DNA of 64,000 nt from Candidatus Daviesbacteria bacterium (GTDB lineage Bacteria; Patescibacteriota; Microgenomatia; Daviesbacterales; UBA10151), in NCBI GenBank assembly GCA_028712705.1, contig JAQTPP010000003.1:64052-128051 (forward strand), written 5' to 3'. The position numbers and the translations under genes were made by a program. The notes beneath the pieces are model-generated. The model saw only the letters and a program-made list of their open reading frames with translations. It did no database searches and had not been told where the DNA came from. This document shows positions 27,415 through 37,538 of this stretch, one piece after another (position 1 is the first letter of the stretch; every line of letters begins with the position of its first letter).

Positions 27415-28329
27415 TTACAGCTTGCTGATAAGAACTTGTATGCTGTCCCAATTATGAATTGATATAGGAATAACCTCTTTCTTGCCTATCTTTTTAAGTT
27501 TAGTTTCTTTAAGGTCTGATTTTGTTAGCAAAACGATCTCTTTTTTATTTAAAAGCTCAGGATTAAATTTTTTAAGCTCCTCTCTGATAATTTTATAATC
27601 CCTAAAGGGATCATCTGACTCAGAAGAAATGCAGTGAAGTAAAAGACCAACTTTTTCTATATGTTTTAAGAATTTATACCCTAAGCCTCTGCCTTCTGAA
27701 GCCCCTTCTATTAAACCTGGTATATCTGCTAAGACCTTACCATTTAAAACTCCCAGGTTTGGCTCCAAGGTCGTAAAAGGATAATCACCAATTTTAGCAT
27801 TAGCATTTGTAATTTCATTTAAAAAAGAGCTTTTGCCTGCATTTGGAAGTCCAATTAAACCAAAGTCTGCAATTAATTTGAGTTTTAGCTTTAATCCTTT
27901 TTCTTGTCCCCTAAGTCCCTTTTGAGCATATTTTGGGGTTGTATTGCTTGGAGATTTAAAGGATTCATTTCCCCTTCCTCCTAAGCCCCCTTTTGCTAAT
28001 AGTATTTCTTGACCTTCCTGCGTTAATTCAATCTCAGCACCCTCTTCATCTGTTAAAAAAGTTCCAACAGGCATTGTTAAAATTAGATCTTTTCCATTTG
28101 CTCCTGATCTTATTCCAGTTCCTCCACCTTCCCCATCTTCAGCCTCACAAACTTTTTTGGAAAGAAACTGCTTTAAGGCATATATATCAGCTGTAGCCCT
28201 CACTAAAACATCCCCACCTCTACCTCCATCCCCTCCATCAGGCCCCCCACCTTTTTTACCCCTAAAGGAAACAAGCCCTGCTCCACCATGCCCTCCTCTT
28301 ATAATAATTTCTGCTTCATCTACTAACAT
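27415..28329 (-). CDS. obg: GTPase Obg/CgtA (no C-terminal extension)
   Basis: Gly-rich Obg fold, GLPNAGKS, YPFTTLEPNLG, DIPGLIEGA, TKSD. Confidence 0.96.
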   Translation of the reverse strand: MLVDEAEIIIRGGHGGAGLVSFRGKKGGGPDGGDGGRGGDVLVRATADIYALKQFLSKKVCEAEDGEGGGTGIRSGANGKDLILTMPVGTFLTDEEGAEIELTQEGQEILLAKGGLGGRGNESFKSPSNTTPKYAQKGLRGQEKGLKLKLKLIADFGLIGLPNAGKSSFLNEITNANAKIGDYPFTTLEPNLGVLNGKVLADIPGLIEGASEGRGLGYKFLKHIEKVGLLLHCISSESDDPFRDYKIIREELKKFNPELLNKKEIVLLTKSDLKETKLKKIGKKEVIPISIHNWDSIQVLISKL

Positions 28330-28492
28330 AACGTGTATTATAACGTGAAACGTTACAAGAAGTGCACGATGTAATCGTAAACGATTATATGCTATATGTA
28401 GGGGTTAGACGTATCATCTCACCTTTCTAAAATAATAAGGGATTTGGACATTAGAACTTCTGGTATACTATAATCAAATCGGGGTAAAGCAG

Positions 28493-29203
28493 ATGGTTGC
28501 AGAAGCAGAATCTGCCTCTTTAGAAACAATTTATTGGCTCAAAGATACTGGTGTTCATGCACCTGCTTCCACCATTTTACATGCAAATTTTATATCACTG
28601 GTAAAACCAGGGGATTTGTTTTTAGATATTGGTTGTGGTCACGGAAGAGTCACCCACCAACTTGATATTTTAGGTGCAAGGGCTGTCGCTTTTGACCCAA
28701 ATCTTCAAGAACTATTGACTGGTAAAGCAGAATTTCCAGAGTTGCCTTTTCTTCAGGCATACGGAGAGCATCAACCCTTTCCCCCTGATACTTTTGATGG
28801 AGCTGTGATGCTCGGTGTTTTAGGAGCGGTAAATAGAAACCAGAGAGAAGAAATATTAAATGAAACCATGAGAGTTTTAAAAGACGGAGGATTAATTTAT
28901 GTAGCTGAGTTTGCTTTAATTAACGATCCTTTTCAAAGGACACATTACGATAACCAGCGGTGGGTTGATGTTTATACAAGGGACAGCAATGTTATCGGAG
29001 AATATGGTAGTGTTGTTGTGCATAATACTCGTGACGGAGGAATATGGTTTATTGCGCATCATTTTAGAAGTGATGAACTATCTGATCTTTTGCAATACAG
29101 TGGAGTTAAAATTATGGCAAGTAAAAATGTAACGGTAGAAAGCCAAGTAAGTGGACAATTACGTGATACTTTTAATATTTGGGGATTAAAAGTTAAGTCT
29201 TAA
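28493..29203 (+). CDS. Class I SAM-dependent methyltransferase
   Basis: FLDIGCGHG, PFPPDTFD, RVLKDGG. Confidence 0.88.
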   Translation: MVAEAESASLETIYWLKDTGVHAPASTILHANFISLVKPGDLFLDIGCGHGRVTHQLDILGARAVAFDPNLQELLTGKAEFPELPFLQAYGEHQPFPPDTFDGAVMLGVLGAVNRNQREEILNETMRVLKDGGLIYVAEFALINDPFQRTHYDNQRWVDVYTRDSNVIGEYGSVVVHNTRDGGIWFIAHHFRSDELSDLLQYSGVKIMASKNVTVESQVSGQLRDTFNIWGLKVKS

Positions 29204-29204
29204 A

Positions 29205-29250
29205 CACTCATTAAAGAAGTTCTAACTTGGTTTAAGACCCGCAGTCTACT
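29205..29250. mobile_element. att-like junction matching the tRNA-Gln 3' end
   Basis: gttc-15 nt-cccgcag(t)ctact versus tRNA gttc-10 nt-cccgcagctact; minus strand reads LRVLNQVRTSL. Confidence 0.55.
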
Positions 29251-29288
29251 TTGTTAGGACTTTTTACTATACTTGCTATAATTTACTG

Positions 29289-29969
29289 ATGGAGACTCCT
29301 GAAATAGTATTTCCAACTCCAACAACCGGAAACCCGAGATTAGATATTGAGCTGGAAACCTGGGGTATTAAACTGGGATGTCCTGTAGAAGATATGAATT
29401 TGGCAAGAAGAGGTCACTCAACTTATCTGGAAGTATCCGGATTTCCTCATGTTTTTCACAGTCAATTGTTAGTTTTGACAGAGCGAGGTAAAGAGTTAGA
29501 ATTTATAACTTCAGCAATGATTATGATGGGGTATGGTACTGCTTTAGATGCAGATAATGAAAATTGGTATTTTTTGGAGACGGGCAAAAGAGTTTTAGAT
29601 ACAGTAAATGTATATGAACGCATTGCAAATCAAACAGGCTGGCCACCTGTGGATGCATTACTTGTGTGTAGAACTAGTTTAAAATCAGAATATCCCCCCC
29701 AAATTAGAACAATTTTTACAAGTAGAAATATTCCCTATATATTAGCTGATGATACGGTAACTATCTCTCGCTCCATTTTAAGAGAAGGAAGAATATCCGG
29801 GGTATATAGACCTATGGAGGGTTTTGAATTAATTATTGCCGATGCTAATTATTGGTTTGAGTCTACGCTTGATAGATGGAGAAATTATTGGTCATACAGA
29901 CTTAATGTTGAAGATGTTCGTACTATACCAGCATGGGCGAAACATCCAATCTGTATGGTTCATTCATAA
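29289..29969 (+). CDS. Hypothetical protein
   Basis: 226-aa ORF, ATG 6 nt after TGCTATAAT. Confidence 0.7.
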   Translation: METPEIVFPTPTTGNPRLDIELETWGIKLGCPVEDMNLARRGHSTYLEVSGFPHVFHSQLLVLTERGKELEFITSAMIMMGYGTALDADNENWYFLETGKRVLDTVNVYERIANQTGWPPVDALLVCRTSLKSEYPPQIRTIFTSRNIPYILADDTVTISRSILREGRISGVYRPMEGFELIIADANYWFESTLDRWRNYWSYRLNVEDVRTIPAWAKHPICMVHS

Positions 29970-31165
29970 CGCAAGGCATCTATAGGAAGCAGGTCGGCTG
30001 CTTTTCTTGCCGGGTATATACCAAATACAACCCCGACTAATGTCGATATGCCGACTGCCAAAAGTATCCAGGGCACACTAATTATGAAAGGGATACCGAA
30101 AGCAACAGATATCAGAAATGTGCCTCCAAGTCCCAATAAAATGCCGGCAAATCCACCAATCGTGGTCATCACTGCTGACTCAATCAGAAACTGAGTCAGG
30201 ATATCTTTGCGTTTGGCCCCGATTGCTTTCAGAAGACCTATCTCTTTTGTTCTCTCGGTAACAGACACAAGCATGATATTCATAACCCCCACTCCGCCGA
30301 CCAAAAGCGATATGGCAGAAATTCCGGTGATGAAGACGGTCAGTAAAGTAGTAATAGTTTCGAATGTGTCCAGAGCACCCTCAAAACTCTGTAAAACAAA
30401 ATCATTTTCTTCCATATCACTAATGTGTCGATGGTCTCTTAACGCCATCTCAACTTCATCCATAGTTTCATTGATAAGATCAATATTCCGGACACCGATA
30501 TCAATCTCCTGGATTTCATCGTTGCCGGTGATCTGGTTTTGCAATGTCCCAAGCGGAATATTAACTGCGGTGTTAAAGAAGCTTCCAAACAAGCTACCAC
30601 CGCTTTTTGAAACACCAATCACCACGAAGCGGATATCATCAATTTTTATGGATTCGCCTACCGGATTTGTATCTTTTCCAAACAAATCTTCCACTACATC
30701 CGAACCGAGAACAACCACACGATTATTGCTGTCATCCTCTGATAAGAATTCACCGTAGATTAAATCGGGTTTAAGCATTTCTTGTGCCTGAGGTGTCATC
30801 CCGTATACGCTCGTTCTCTTTGACTCTTCGTCGGCAGAAACGACCTTGCTCGTATAAGAAAAAGCAGCAATGTTTTCGATGTTTGGAATGTTGGCATCTT
30901 CGATTGCCTCTATATCTGCAGTTGTTAATGGTTCATCCCCCCCTGTTATCGCACTCATAAAATTGCTTCCGGGATTAATAGAGAAAAAATTAGTCCCAAA
31001 TGAGGTCAGCTCGTTGGAAATGAAAGCCACTGTCCCCTGCCCGACAGAGGAAATAAGTATCACCGCGGTAATACCTATAATGATACCCAGCATAGTTAAG
31101 GATGATCTGAGAGCGTTTATGCGTAAAGCCTGTATTGCGGATCGTAAGGTCTCTTTAAGTTCCAT
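29960..31165 (-). CDS. MacB/FtsX-family ABC permease
   Basis: RSSLTMLGIIIG, GGVGVMNIMLVSVTERTKEIG, YPARKAA. Confidence 0.95.
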   Translation of the reverse strand: MELKETLRSAIQALRINALRSSLTMLGIIIGITAVILISSVGQGTVAFISNELTSFGTNFFSINPGSNFMSAITGGDEPLTTADIEAIEDANIPNIENIAAFSYTSKVVSADEESKRTSVYGMTPQAQEMLKPDLIYGEFLSEDDSNNRVVVLGSDVVEDLFGKDTNPVGESIKIDDIRFVVIGVSKSGGSLFGSFFNTAVNIPLGTLQNQITGNDEIQEIDIGVRNIDLINETMDEVEMALRDHRHISDMEENDFVLQSFEGALDTFETITTLLTVFITGISAISLLVGGVGVMNIMLVSVTERTKEIGLLKAIGAKRKDILTQFLIESAVMTTIGGFAGILLGLGGTFLISVAFGIPFIISVPWILLAVGISTLVGVVFGIYPARKAADLLPIDALRYE

Positions 31166-31167
31166 GA

Positions 31168-31872
31168 TTATCTTTTATTATTAGTATCTGACACAATTTT
31201 GCCGTCAACTAATCTAATTCTTCTTTTTGCAAAACTTGCTATATCATCCTCATGAGTGATAATTACAATGGTATGACCTTCCTTATTTAAATTTGTTAAA
31301 ATATTCATAATTTCATGAGCAGTTTTGGTATCTAAATTCCCTGTAGGTTCATCTGCGAGTATAACTGAGGGTTCCATAATCAAAGCTCTGGCAATTGCTA
31401 CTCTTTGTATCTGACCCCCGGATATGTGATTGGACAGATTTTCCGCCTTTTCAGCTATACCCACAATATTCAATGCATTCATGACACGCTTTTTACGCTC
31501 ACTGGCCGGAATTTTTCCATAAAGCATTGGACGCTCAACATTTTTAAAAACTGTCATTCGAGGAAGTAAATTAAAAAACTGAAATACAAAACCGATTTCC
31601 TTATTTCTTATTTCCGCAAGATGATCTTCACTGAAACTTGCTATGTTTTTTCCTTTAAAGAACTGTTTCCCTTCTGTGACTCTGTCCAAAGCGCCTATGA
31701 TATGCATAAGAGAGGATTTACCGCTTCCCGAAGGGCCCATAATTGCTACGAATTCTCCTTCATTGATGTTTAAATCAATACCATTAAGAGCTTGGTAGAA
31801 GTCGTTTATTCCGATTGGGTATCTTTTAATAACTCCTTCCAGGCTAATAAGGGGTATATTATTTTTTATCAT
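31168..31872 (-). CDS. ABC ATP-binding protein (LolD/MacB-like)
   Basis: GPSGSGKS, ISGGQ, LADEPTGNLD. Confidence 0.96.
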   Translation of the reverse strand: MIKNNIPLISLEGVIKRYPIGINDFYQALNGIDLNINEGEFVAIMGPSGSGKSSLMHIIGALDRVTEGKQFFKGKNIASFSEDHLAEIRNKEIGFVFQFFNLLPRMTVFKNVERPMLYGKIPASERKKRVMNALNIVGIAEKAENLSNHISGGQIQRVAIARALIMEPSVILADEPTGNLDTKTAHEIMNILTNLNKEGHTIVIITHEDDIASFAKRRIRLVDGKIVSDTNNKR

Positions 31873-31874
31873 TA

Positions 31875-33059
31875 TTAAAATCCTAAGAGGTTTTTTCTAC
31901 CGGTCTTCTCACTGGTAAGTGATACTACAATCTTCTGCCCTTCTGTAAGCCCCTCTATAATTTGTGTAAATTCTTTTCCCCGGAGGCCAGTCTTAACCGG
32001 TACAAACTCAAGCTTGCCACTACCACCTAACTTTCTGACGGCACGGCCTTTTTGATAAGGTTTTACTGCAGAGTTTGGCACAGCAAGCACGTCTGTCAGC
32101 TTATTCGTGACAATATCGACGTCCGCCGTCATCCCGGATTTAATCCTGTCATCCGAATCTGTTAGTATGATATATACGTTAAACTTAACAACACCTTGCG
32201 TTATGGTTCCATTATTATCAAACCTCTTGAGTGTACCTTTGTAAACCCTGTCATCTATCGCATCCAGTTTAATTTCAACTTCCTGACCGGTTTTTATCTT
32301 ATCGATGTCGCTTTCACCAACAGATACCGCTATTTCAGTTTCTCCTGGACCGCTAATTACCAGTACCGGCATGGTCGGAACAAGAACGTTATTTACAACC
32401 ACACTGCTCCCGCTAACCGCAGACAGGTTGGAAACCGTACCGGAAACCGGTGCTACAACTTTCGAATTTTGTGTTGCCTGGTACGCAACCTGGGCGGAAA
32501 GCAGCTTTGCACGCGCAGCTGTAAGCCCGTCATAAGCATTATCATTAGCCACCTCCGCAGTAGTCCGGGTCTCTTTTTGCAGGAAAGACTCATCCTTACT
32601 GTGATTCTTCACATCATCATGGACACGTTCTACTATAGCTAAAGCCTCACGGTGAGTATTCTCAGCTTGTTTGACAGCCGCTACCGCCGCCTCGTAAGCG
32701 GCATAGGCCGCAGTCTTCTCTTGCGAGGTCGCGGTACTTTTGACGGTAAACAGTACTTGATTTTCGTTAATACTTTCCCCGTTTGAAACAAAAACTTCAC
32801 CAATTACTCCACTGGTTGGAGAGTAAATATTTACACTGCCGTTTGTAGCAACGGTGCCTGATTCAGTCACAATTTCGGTTATTGTCCGTTTTTGGGCAGT
32901 GTCGAAAACATATCCGTCTTTTCTACCGGAAATGATTTTATAACCTGCAACAAAACCGACTATCAAAATCAGCAGAGTAATTATAGCTTTCTTCTTCCAT
33001 GAAGTTTTGAAAAACCAACCAACTATCCTCGGAATAAAATTCACTAATTTTTTCAACAT
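31875..33059 (-). CDS. MacA/HlyD-type periplasmic adaptor
   Basis: N-terminal TM, lipoyl halves (SPTSG, APVSG), GMTADVDI, VPNSAV. Confidence 0.92.
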   Translation of the reverse strand: MLKKLVNFIPRIVGWFFKTSWKKKAIITLLILIVGFVAGYKIISGRKDGYVFDTAQKRTITEIVTESGTVATNGSVNIYSPTSGVIGEVFVSNGESINENQVLFTVKSTATSQEKTAAYAAYEAAVAAVKQAENTHREALAIVERVHDDVKNHSKDESFLQKETRTTAEVANDNAYDGLTAARAKLLSAQVAYQATQNSKVVAPVSGTVSNLSAVSGSSVVVNNVLVPTMPVLVISGPGETEIAVSVGESDIDKIKTGQEVEIKLDAIDDRVYKGTLKRFDNNGTITQGVVKFNVYIILTDSDDRIKSGMTADVDIVTNKLTDVLAVPNSAVKPYQKGRAVRKLGGSGKLEFVPVKTGLRGKEFTQIIEGLTEGQKIVVSLTSEKTGRKNLLGF

Positions 33060-33254
33060 TTTCTTAATATTAATTATTTTCGCATTTCCGGCACTTTTTG
33101 TCTAATTTTTATAAACTTTATCTTTTATGACAGTAAATTTCGGAAATTCAATAATTAGTGTTACAAATACACACATTGCATGTTGCATCAATAAAATAAT
33201 ATCCTAAATTCTAAATGCTTGACGGGAGAAAATTAAAGTGAAATACTAAATATA

Positions 33255-33485
33255 ATGGTAAAAGAAAGAGCATTAAAAGTAATCTTAATTATCTCCTTGA
33301 TAGGAATTCTTTTTTCAGGCCTCCTTTCCTACCAGGAACTTTTTGTTGGTAGCTGTAATTTTTTGTTTGTCAGTTGTGGAGTGAATTCTAAGCCGATTGC
33401 AGGTTTGCCCGCTTGTGTTTATGGATTAGTAATGTATCTGGTTGTTTTCATCGTGAGTCTCCTAGGTTTACACAGTAAAAAATAA
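33255..33485 (+). CDS. Small VKOR-like membrane protein
   Basis: TM-C..C-GLPACVYG-TM pattern. Confidence 0.55.
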   Translation: MVKERALKVILIISLIGILFSGLLSYQELFVGSCNFLFVSCGVNSKPIAGLPACVYGLVMYLVVFIVSLLGLHSKK

Positions 33486-33499
33486 TTATTCTTAAGACT

Positions 33500-35137
33500 T
33501 TATTTTTTACAGGTTTTTACAGGATTAGTCTGGTATGCCCACAAAATTATTTTTCCTTCAAGGTCTTTATATTCTGAAACAAGCGTAAAGAAATGCTCAT
33601 TTGCTTGACTTTCTGATAATGTTCCTGCATCCCCCACTATAATTTGATCTATACAAGGATCTAAAGACCAGTTCAGCGGTTTTACAGCCACATTTTCAAC
33701 TACCCGGTATTTGTTAAAGTTGGTATTTGTATAATAACCCTTTAGCAAAATCGGATCAGTTTGCAGCTGCATCTTGAAAGGATCAAGTTTTTTGTAGAAA
33801 GCCATTAAAATGTATGGCGCATCATACATTTCAGAATCCAAAAGGAATTTTTTATCTTTCATTTGTTCGGTTTGTTGGGCAAATTTTAAATATGGTTGCC
33901 CAAAAGCAGATGATCTTTCTTTCTTAAACAGGATAAAGTATGAGGTATAGAACATAAAACAAGACAGCACAACAAGTAATACGCCAAGTCCCAACCTCAA
34001 AATTTTAAAATGTATCTTTTTAAGAATATAAAAAAGCCCAAAGGCGATTAAAATACTCACTCCCCAGAGCATTGGCAGCATTCTTAAGGTATAGAATGGG
34101 TCTCCTGTCAGTGCGGCAGGTAGCGCACCTAAAATAATACAAGCTAAAATCAGCCTGATAACCGGGTCGTTTTTGTTTTCCCAAATCTCTTTTATTCCCA
34201 GAAAAAAAGGTATGATCATCCAAATATAAAAAGTACTTAAGTTAGACATTGACCGAAAAAGCTGATTTTCCGGTTCAAAAAATAAACTTCGTGGAGAATA
34301 AGAAGAAATATACTGAGCAACAAATTTTCTAGTTATGTATAAATATCTTCCAGCTAATGGAATTTGCTTGAAGCCGGCTCCAAATTTTTCAAAAACTTCT
34401 TGTTGCATATATCCTTGCGTGCTGAATCGTTGTAAAGATCCGGAGGTGGTGGAAAGCAATAGTTGCGGTATTAAGATCAAAAGAAAAACCCCAACGCCCA
34501 AAAGTACGAATCTTTTGTAATTTCGTAAATATTTATTAAACCAAAGCAGAATAAAGGCCAAAAAAACGAAGACCAGTACTCTCTGGCCGTGATAGGCATA
34601 ACTGGATATAGCTAAAATTATGCAGGCCGGAACAAAGTAGATAATCTTTTTTTCTGACAAAAAGAATATATACAAACTGAGGATAAGTAATGTAAGAGCC
34701 AAATTTGCTTCAACGGCGACACGGCTTTGAAATATTGCCCAGGGAGAAAATCCCAAAACAACAATGGATAAAAAAGCAAGTTTTGTGCTGTTTTTAGTTT
34801 GCAATTTTTTTACAAAAAAGTAGGTTATCAAAATCAGTAAAATTCCCGACAGGGCGGAAACAAGCCGTACCGAAAATATATTTAGTCCAAAAATCAAAAT
34901 CGGGATGGTTGTTAGATATGTATAAAGAGGGGCCTGAAAAGTGGCAAAAGACCTAAAAAACAGCGGGAAGCTCTTTCCATACTCATCCTTGCCTGTTTCA
35001 ACGATCGAAAAAGCATTGTAGCCTATTGAGGCCTCGTCTACATACAGTCCTGCCGGCACTTGATCCAAAGCCGTTAACCTGACTAAAGCCGTCATTGCTA
35101 TAATAAGAGTAACTGCCATGATTTCTCTAAGTTTCAT
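33500..35137 (-). CDS. ArnT/PMT-family (GT-C) glycosyltransferase
   Basis: DEASIGYNAFSI..TGKDEYG, multiple TM segments. Confidence 0.88.
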   Translation of the reverse strand: MKLREIMAVTLIIAMTALVRLTALDQVPAGLYVDEASIGYNAFSIVETGKDEYGKSFPLFFRSFATFQAPLYTYLTTIPILIFGLNIFSVRLVSALSGILLILITYFFVKKLQTKNSTKLAFLSIVVLGFSPWAIFQSRVAVEANLALTLLILSLYIFFLSEKKIIYFVPACIILAISSYAYHGQRVLVFVFLAFILLWFNKYLRNYKRFVLLGVGVFLLILIPQLLLSTTSGSLQRFSTQGYMQQEVFEKFGAGFKQIPLAGRYLYITRKFVAQYISSYSPRSLFFEPENQLFRSMSNLSTFYIWMIIPFFLGIKEIWENKNDPVIRLILACIILGALPAALTGDPFYTLRMLPMLWGVSILIAFGLFYILKKIHFKILRLGLGVLLVVLSCFMFYTSYFILFKKERSSAFGQPYLKFAQQTEQMKDKKFLLDSEMYDAPYILMAFYKKLDPFKMQLQTDPILLKGYYTNTNFNKYRVVENVAVKPLNWSLDPCIDQIIVGDAGTLSESQANEHFFTLVSEYKDLEGKIILWAYQTNPVKTCKK

Positions 35138-35813
35138 ATTTTTTCCTTACAAAATTTAAGAAATTTATTCCTCCCAGTACTATTATCAGACTAAGATAAG
35201 GAAATAAAAAAACCGGTCCTAATTTATAATATGGAGTTGCAAAACCGGATATGATTATTGCCATAATTAAATAGGCGCTTAATGTTTTGTATTTGCTCAA
35301 AGATAGAAAATGAGCAAATAGCCCCAGTAAAAAAACAGGCAACAGCAGCGGTGAATATTTCTCGAATTCATCAATACCTGATTTTTCTCTGGGGTGACTC
35401 ATAAAAAAATACAGATTTGGATCAATGCTATAAGAAATGTTTCTTGAATAGTTGGTAATCGGATAGTACCAATTGCTAAAAAACTGTAAACTGAATTTAT
35501 TGGTAAACAACTTCCCTAACCCCTCAGCGAAATAACCATGCCGTTTTAGAGCAATACTTACTTCAGTCGGATTTTTTTCTCTTAGCGATCTGTCAAAATT
35601 TCCCTGTAAAAAGTAAAAAGACCCTACGCAAAAAGTTAACAAAAGTACTAAAAAAGCAATCTTCCGTAAAGATTTTTCTGCGGCAAATGTTAAAGCAAAA
35701 AGAGATATTGTTATTATTATGAGAGTAATAGCCAAAAATAGATCTTGTTTAAGCAGTTGCCAAGTCCAGGAATTTAAAACGAGCGTCAAAAGGAGCAGCA
35801 ATGACCCGAACAT
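35127..35813 (-). CDS. Membrane protein of unknown function
   Basis: Several TM segments; overlaps start of the GT-C gene. Confidence 0.75.
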   Translation of the reverse strand: MFGSLLLLLTLVLNSWTWQLLKQDLFLAITLIIITISLFALTFAAEKSLRKIAFLVLLLTFCVGSFYFLQGNFDRSLREKNPTEVSIALKRHGYFAEGLGKLFTNKFSLQFFSNWYYPITNYSRNISYSIDPNLYFFMSHPREKSGIDEFEKYSPLLLPVFLLGLFAHFLSLSKYKTLSAYLIMAIIISGFATPYYKLGPVFLFPYLSLIIVLGGINFLNFVRKKYET

Positions 35814-35819
35814 AGTATA

Positions 35820-36203
35820 TTACAAATGATCTTTCGTATCTGCAAGAGCTTCCTGTTTGGTTTTGTGAACAGTTTTATCCCGGTGCTCAGCTGGACTATA
35901 AATTGTATACAGCTTAAGTTTTTTATCCGCAGATGTATTGACAATATTGTGTTGTGTTCCTGCTGGCACCACAACTGCAAAACCATCTGAAATAGGATGT
36001 TCTTCTCCGTCTAAAATAGCTTTTCCTTCCCCTTCCTCAATTCTTAAAAACTGGTCCACAGTTTCATGCACTTCCATGCCAATTTCTTCACCGGGCAAAA
36101 GACTCATCACTACTAGTTGGCTGTGAGGAGCTGTAAATAAAACTTCACGAAAATAGTCATTCTGGAGCGTTTTTTCTTCAATATTGATGATATAACCTGC
36201 CAT
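35820..36203 (-). CDS. Cupin domain protein
   Basis: QLVVMSL.PGEEIGMEVH...VVVPAGTQHN...LYTIYSP. Confidence 0.92.
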   Translation of the reverse strand: MAGYIINIEEKTLQNDYFREVLFTAPHSQLVVMSLLPGEEIGMEVHETVDQFLRIEEGEGKAILDGEEHPISDGFAVVVPAGTQHNIVNTSADKKLKLYTIYSPAEHRDKTVHKTKQEALADTKDHL

Positions 36204-36225
36204 TTCTATCACCTCCAAGATACTA

Positions 36226-37518
36226 TTATAGCACTGTTTTCACTGCATCAACTAAAGTTTGATTGTTAAAATATAAAAGCAGTTTTTGTGGCCATGCCGG
36301 ATCTTTAATGCTGATATCCGGGTCTACTCCCCGGCCCTCAATCGGCTGATTATCATCCCTTAAAGTTACAGAATGAACCAAAAACAGCGAGTATTTTTCG
36401 CTCTGGCTAATTTGATTATCCAAAGGGAAAACCCGCTCCACTGTTCCCCATCCTTTAGTAGGAATTCCTACTACCACTCCCGCATGATATTTTTTCAAAG
36501 ACGCTGTTATCATCTCGGCAGAAGATTGTGAGTTTTGGTCCACCAGTATTACTACCTGTTTATATCGAGAAAGGCTGGCTAGCTTATCCGCAGCAGTCTT
36601 AAACGGCAGATATTCGCCTTTATGGTAAAAATCAAACGCGTACTGGCCTTTTCCCAGGAAAAAACCTAAAAAGTAGGCAGTGGCATCAATGGCTCCGCCG
36701 ATATTTTCCCTAAGGTCGAAAATTAAGGTGTTGAGCTGTTGGTCTTTATAACTGTCAAAAGCTTTTTGAAATTCCTCCAAAGAGGTGGGTGAGAATTTTT
36801 TAAATTGTACATATAAAGTACCCGGCGGGACAATTTTTGCAAAAATAGTAGGTTCTACCTGATTTTGATCATATCTTTGTTTGGTATCTTTTTGTGTTAA
36901 AGTGTCCTTGGCATAAGTAATTTTCTTTAAGTTTTCCTTTGCTTCGGGTGATTTATCATTAGCTAATTTGGTAGCTTCTGTTTGATAAGCCTGTTGCACC
37001 GCCGCCTCAGAGGCTCCTTTGGCTAACCTTAAATCTTTATATAAATCTTTTTCCGGATTAATATTGGAAATAGTATTTTTAAGCTGCGCTTCTTGTTTTT
37101 CGGTAAACAACCCTGATCTGCCCTGGGGGGTTAATGAATTTAAAACCACTCCGGCAACGGAGACCAGGAATTTATTTCTTTGATCCTCATCCATGCCTGA
37201 GATTGATTTATTGATAGTTTCCAGCAGTTTTTCTTTGTTTTCAAATTTGGCAACGCCGGTACTGCCGCCATTTTTGTCTATTGATAATCTAAAAAGATCC
37301 AGCAGTTCGCCGTCAGAAATATTATTCCAATAATTTTCTTTAATCTTGTCATAGATTTCGGAGATGAAGCGAGCTTCCTGCTTCGCAGTAAAAACCTTTG
37401 GGGTATTTTTTTCATTATTTTCGACATACCGGTATCCAACACCAACACCCAAAGCAAAAACCGCTAAAAGTATAATAAGAGTCTTTGGAAAGGACTTAGG
37501 AATCTTAAATTTCACCAT
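36226..37518 (-). CDS. S41 (C-terminal processing) peptidase with a J-domain-like insert
   Basis: DLRENIGG, SQSSAEM, TKGWG, GRGVDPD; KDLYKDLRL...ASEAAVQQAY insert. Confidence 0.82.
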   Translation of the reverse strand: MVKFKIPKSFPKTLIILLAVFALGVGVGYRYVENNEKNTPKVFTAKQEARFISEIYDKIKENYWNNISDGELLDLFRLSIDKNGGSTGVAKFENKEKLLETINKSISGMDEDQRNKFLVSVAGVVLNSLTPQGRSGLFTEKQEAQLKNTISNINPEKDLYKDLRLAKGASEAAVQQAYQTEATKLANDKSPEAKENLKKITYAKDTLTQKDTKQRYDQNQVEPTIFAKIVPPGTLYVQFKKFSPTSLEEFQKAFDSYKDQQLNTLIFDLRENIGGAIDATAYFLGFFLGKGQYAFDFYHKGEYLPFKTAADKLASLSRYKQVVILVDQNSQSSAEMITASLKKYHAGVVVGIPTKGWGTVERVFPLDNQISQSEKYSLFLVHSVTLRDDNQPIEGRGVDPDISIKDPAWPQKLLLYFNNQTLVDAVKTVL

Positions 37519-37538
37519 CTTAGTATATAATAAAACAA

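Noticed and set aside
28330-28440. dif-like or att-like site upstream of the methyltransferase
   Set aside because: No convincing XerC/XerD arm symmetry or tRNA-core match by eye.
30207-32642. Long antisense ORFs within the ABC exporter genes (and similar shadow ORFs in PBP, pheT and the giant gene)
   Set aside because: Fully overlap well-supported genes and have no motifs or start signals.
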